From Blochmannia endosymbiont of Camponotus nipponensis (GTDB lineage Bacteria; Pseudomonadota; Gammaproteobacteria; Enterobacterales; Enterobacteriaceae): a stretch of DNA of 32,000 bases. The translations under genes were made by a program, and so were the position numbers. Below are positions 29,802 through 32,000 of the stretch, piece after piece. Each line of letters starts with the position of its first letter. Position 1 is the stretch's first letter. The stretch lies in contig NZ_CP046534.1 in assembly GCF_009827135.1 (NCBI RefSeq), positions 360,001-392,000 of the forward strand. The letters run 5' to 3'. The notes below the pieces were generated by a model. The model saw only the letters and a program-made list of their open reading frames with translations, was not told the origin of the DNA and searched no databases.

Positions 29802-29872
29802 CAACCAATACTTTGATATGACAACTTACTTAATATTATTAAGTAACCAAGAACCATGAAATATACAATAAA

Positions 29873-29933
29873 TCAATAAAATCACACCGGTCTTTATATA
29901 CATCACAGATAAAGACCGGTGTGATTTTATTGA
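29873..29933. terminator. Bidirectional intrinsic terminator between the permease gene and ibpA
   Basis: 25-bp perfect stem TCAATAAAATCACACCGGTCTTTAT / ATAAAGACCGGTGTGATTTTATTGA with the 11-nt loop ATACATCACAG. The stem has a GC-rich core (CACCGGTC), flanked by an A-run on the 5' side and a T-run on the 3' side. It therefore reads as hairpin plus U-tract on both strands. It lies 71 nt after the permease stop and 29 nt after the ibpA stop. Confidence 0.8.
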
Positions 29934-29962
29934 ACATAATTACAATAATAAATATAATTACT

Positions 29963-30373
29963 CTATTTAATTTCTATACGCCTTGGTTTTAATGTATCTG
30001 GCAATATTCTTTCCAAATGTATATAAAGAATTCCATATTCCAAATTTGCACCTGTTATTTGAATATGTTCAGCTAATTGAAATTTTCTTTCAAAATTATG
30101 CTCAGTAATACCTTGATACAAATAATTTTTAGAATTTTGATGAGAATCAACATGTATTCCTTTGACTACTAACATATTATCATGCATTGTAATATCCAAC
30201 TCACTATTCGTAAAACCGGCTACTACAATAGAAATACAGTATTTATGTTCACTAACTAACTCAACATTATAAGGAGGATAATCATCATTACTTTGTCCAA
30301 CCTCCAAAAAATTAACTAATCTATCAAATCCAATGACAGAACCGTATAATGGAGAAAAATCAAAATTACGCAT
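29963..30373 (-). CDS. ibpA: Small heat-shock protein IbpA (alpha-crystallin family)
   Basis: [16 protein letters not shown]......YPPYNVELV.....I.I.VAGF..SELDIT..DN.L.VKG......[18 protein letters not shown]....ANL..G.LYI.LER..P...KPRRIEI matches E. coli IbpA. The start is moved from the GTG at 30382 in the track to the ATG at 30373, with GGAG 8 nt upstream. The product is 136 aa. Confidence 0.93.
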   Translation of the reverse strand: MRNFDFSPLYGSVIGFDRLVNFLEVGQSNDDYPPYNVELVSEHKYCISIVVAGFTNSELDITMHDNMLVVKGIHVDSHQNSKNYLYQGITEHNFERKFQLAEHIQITGANLEYGILYIHLERILPDTLKPRRIEIK

Positions 30374-30581
30374 ATATAACACTCCAAAAAAAATAATTAC
30401 TAACTTTTATAAATTCAAAAGTATAGACATAATAACTGTGTTTTTACAATAATATTACCACCATATTATAGTACTATATATACCTGTATTTTCAACCATA
30501 TTATTACATAATAACGCTGTCTATTGAATACAAAAATATACTGCTATATATATAAAAATTTATCCAGATATAATAAACAAT

Positions 30582-32000
<1,419 letters not shown>

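Noticed and set aside
30383-30581. A sigma-32 heat-shock promoter or a ROSE-type RNA thermometer upstream of ibpA
   Set aside because: A TTGAAA hexamer exists on the minus strand (30490-30495). No CCCCAT-like -10 follows at 13-15 nt, and the nearest TATAAT is 19 nt away. The leader shows no convincing hairpin sequestering the GGAG SD. I cannot support either feature from sequence alone.

Overview
This is an AT-rich segment (about three-quarters A+T by eye) from a reduced gamma-proteobacterial genome. The gene set and order look like an enterobacterial insect endosymbiont of the Blochmannia type, but that organism call is inference only. I can support 21 complete housekeeping CDS, one partial CDS (gyrB, running off the right edge) and two tRNA loci. 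One is tRNA-Leu(CAA), cut by the left edge. The other is a structurally aberrant tRNA-Pro(CGG)-like gene. From memory of the E. coli K-12 map, leuX-lptG-lptF-pepA-holC-valS-argI-ridA-gltP-yjcE-ssb-dnaB-zur-ubiA is collinear with about 4.25-4.5 Mb of that genome. Many intervening genes are deleted and replaced by ORF-free AT-rich spacers of 0.3-0.8 kb. A synteny break follows, then pitA-prlC-proK-sodA-glyS-glyQ-permease-ibpA-gyrB. I see no transposase, integrase, phage gene, CRISPR array, toxin-antitoxin pair or defence-like cluster. I find no evidence for a novel multi-gene system, so this is an ordinary core region. Seven things merit a second look. (1) A perfect 33-bp inverted repeat upstream of sodA. 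(2) A tRNA-Pro(CGG) whose 3' third cannot pair with its 5' part. (3) A ValS that lacks the C-terminal coiled coil. (4) Very strong C>G strand asymmetry in spacers. (5) Retention of two regulators (Zur, and a YidZ-like LysR protein) with nearby palindromes. (6) Two transporters that are unusually well conserved. (7) Slippage-prone poly(A) tracts inside genes. All homology statements rest on my recollection of E. coli proteins, not on searches.
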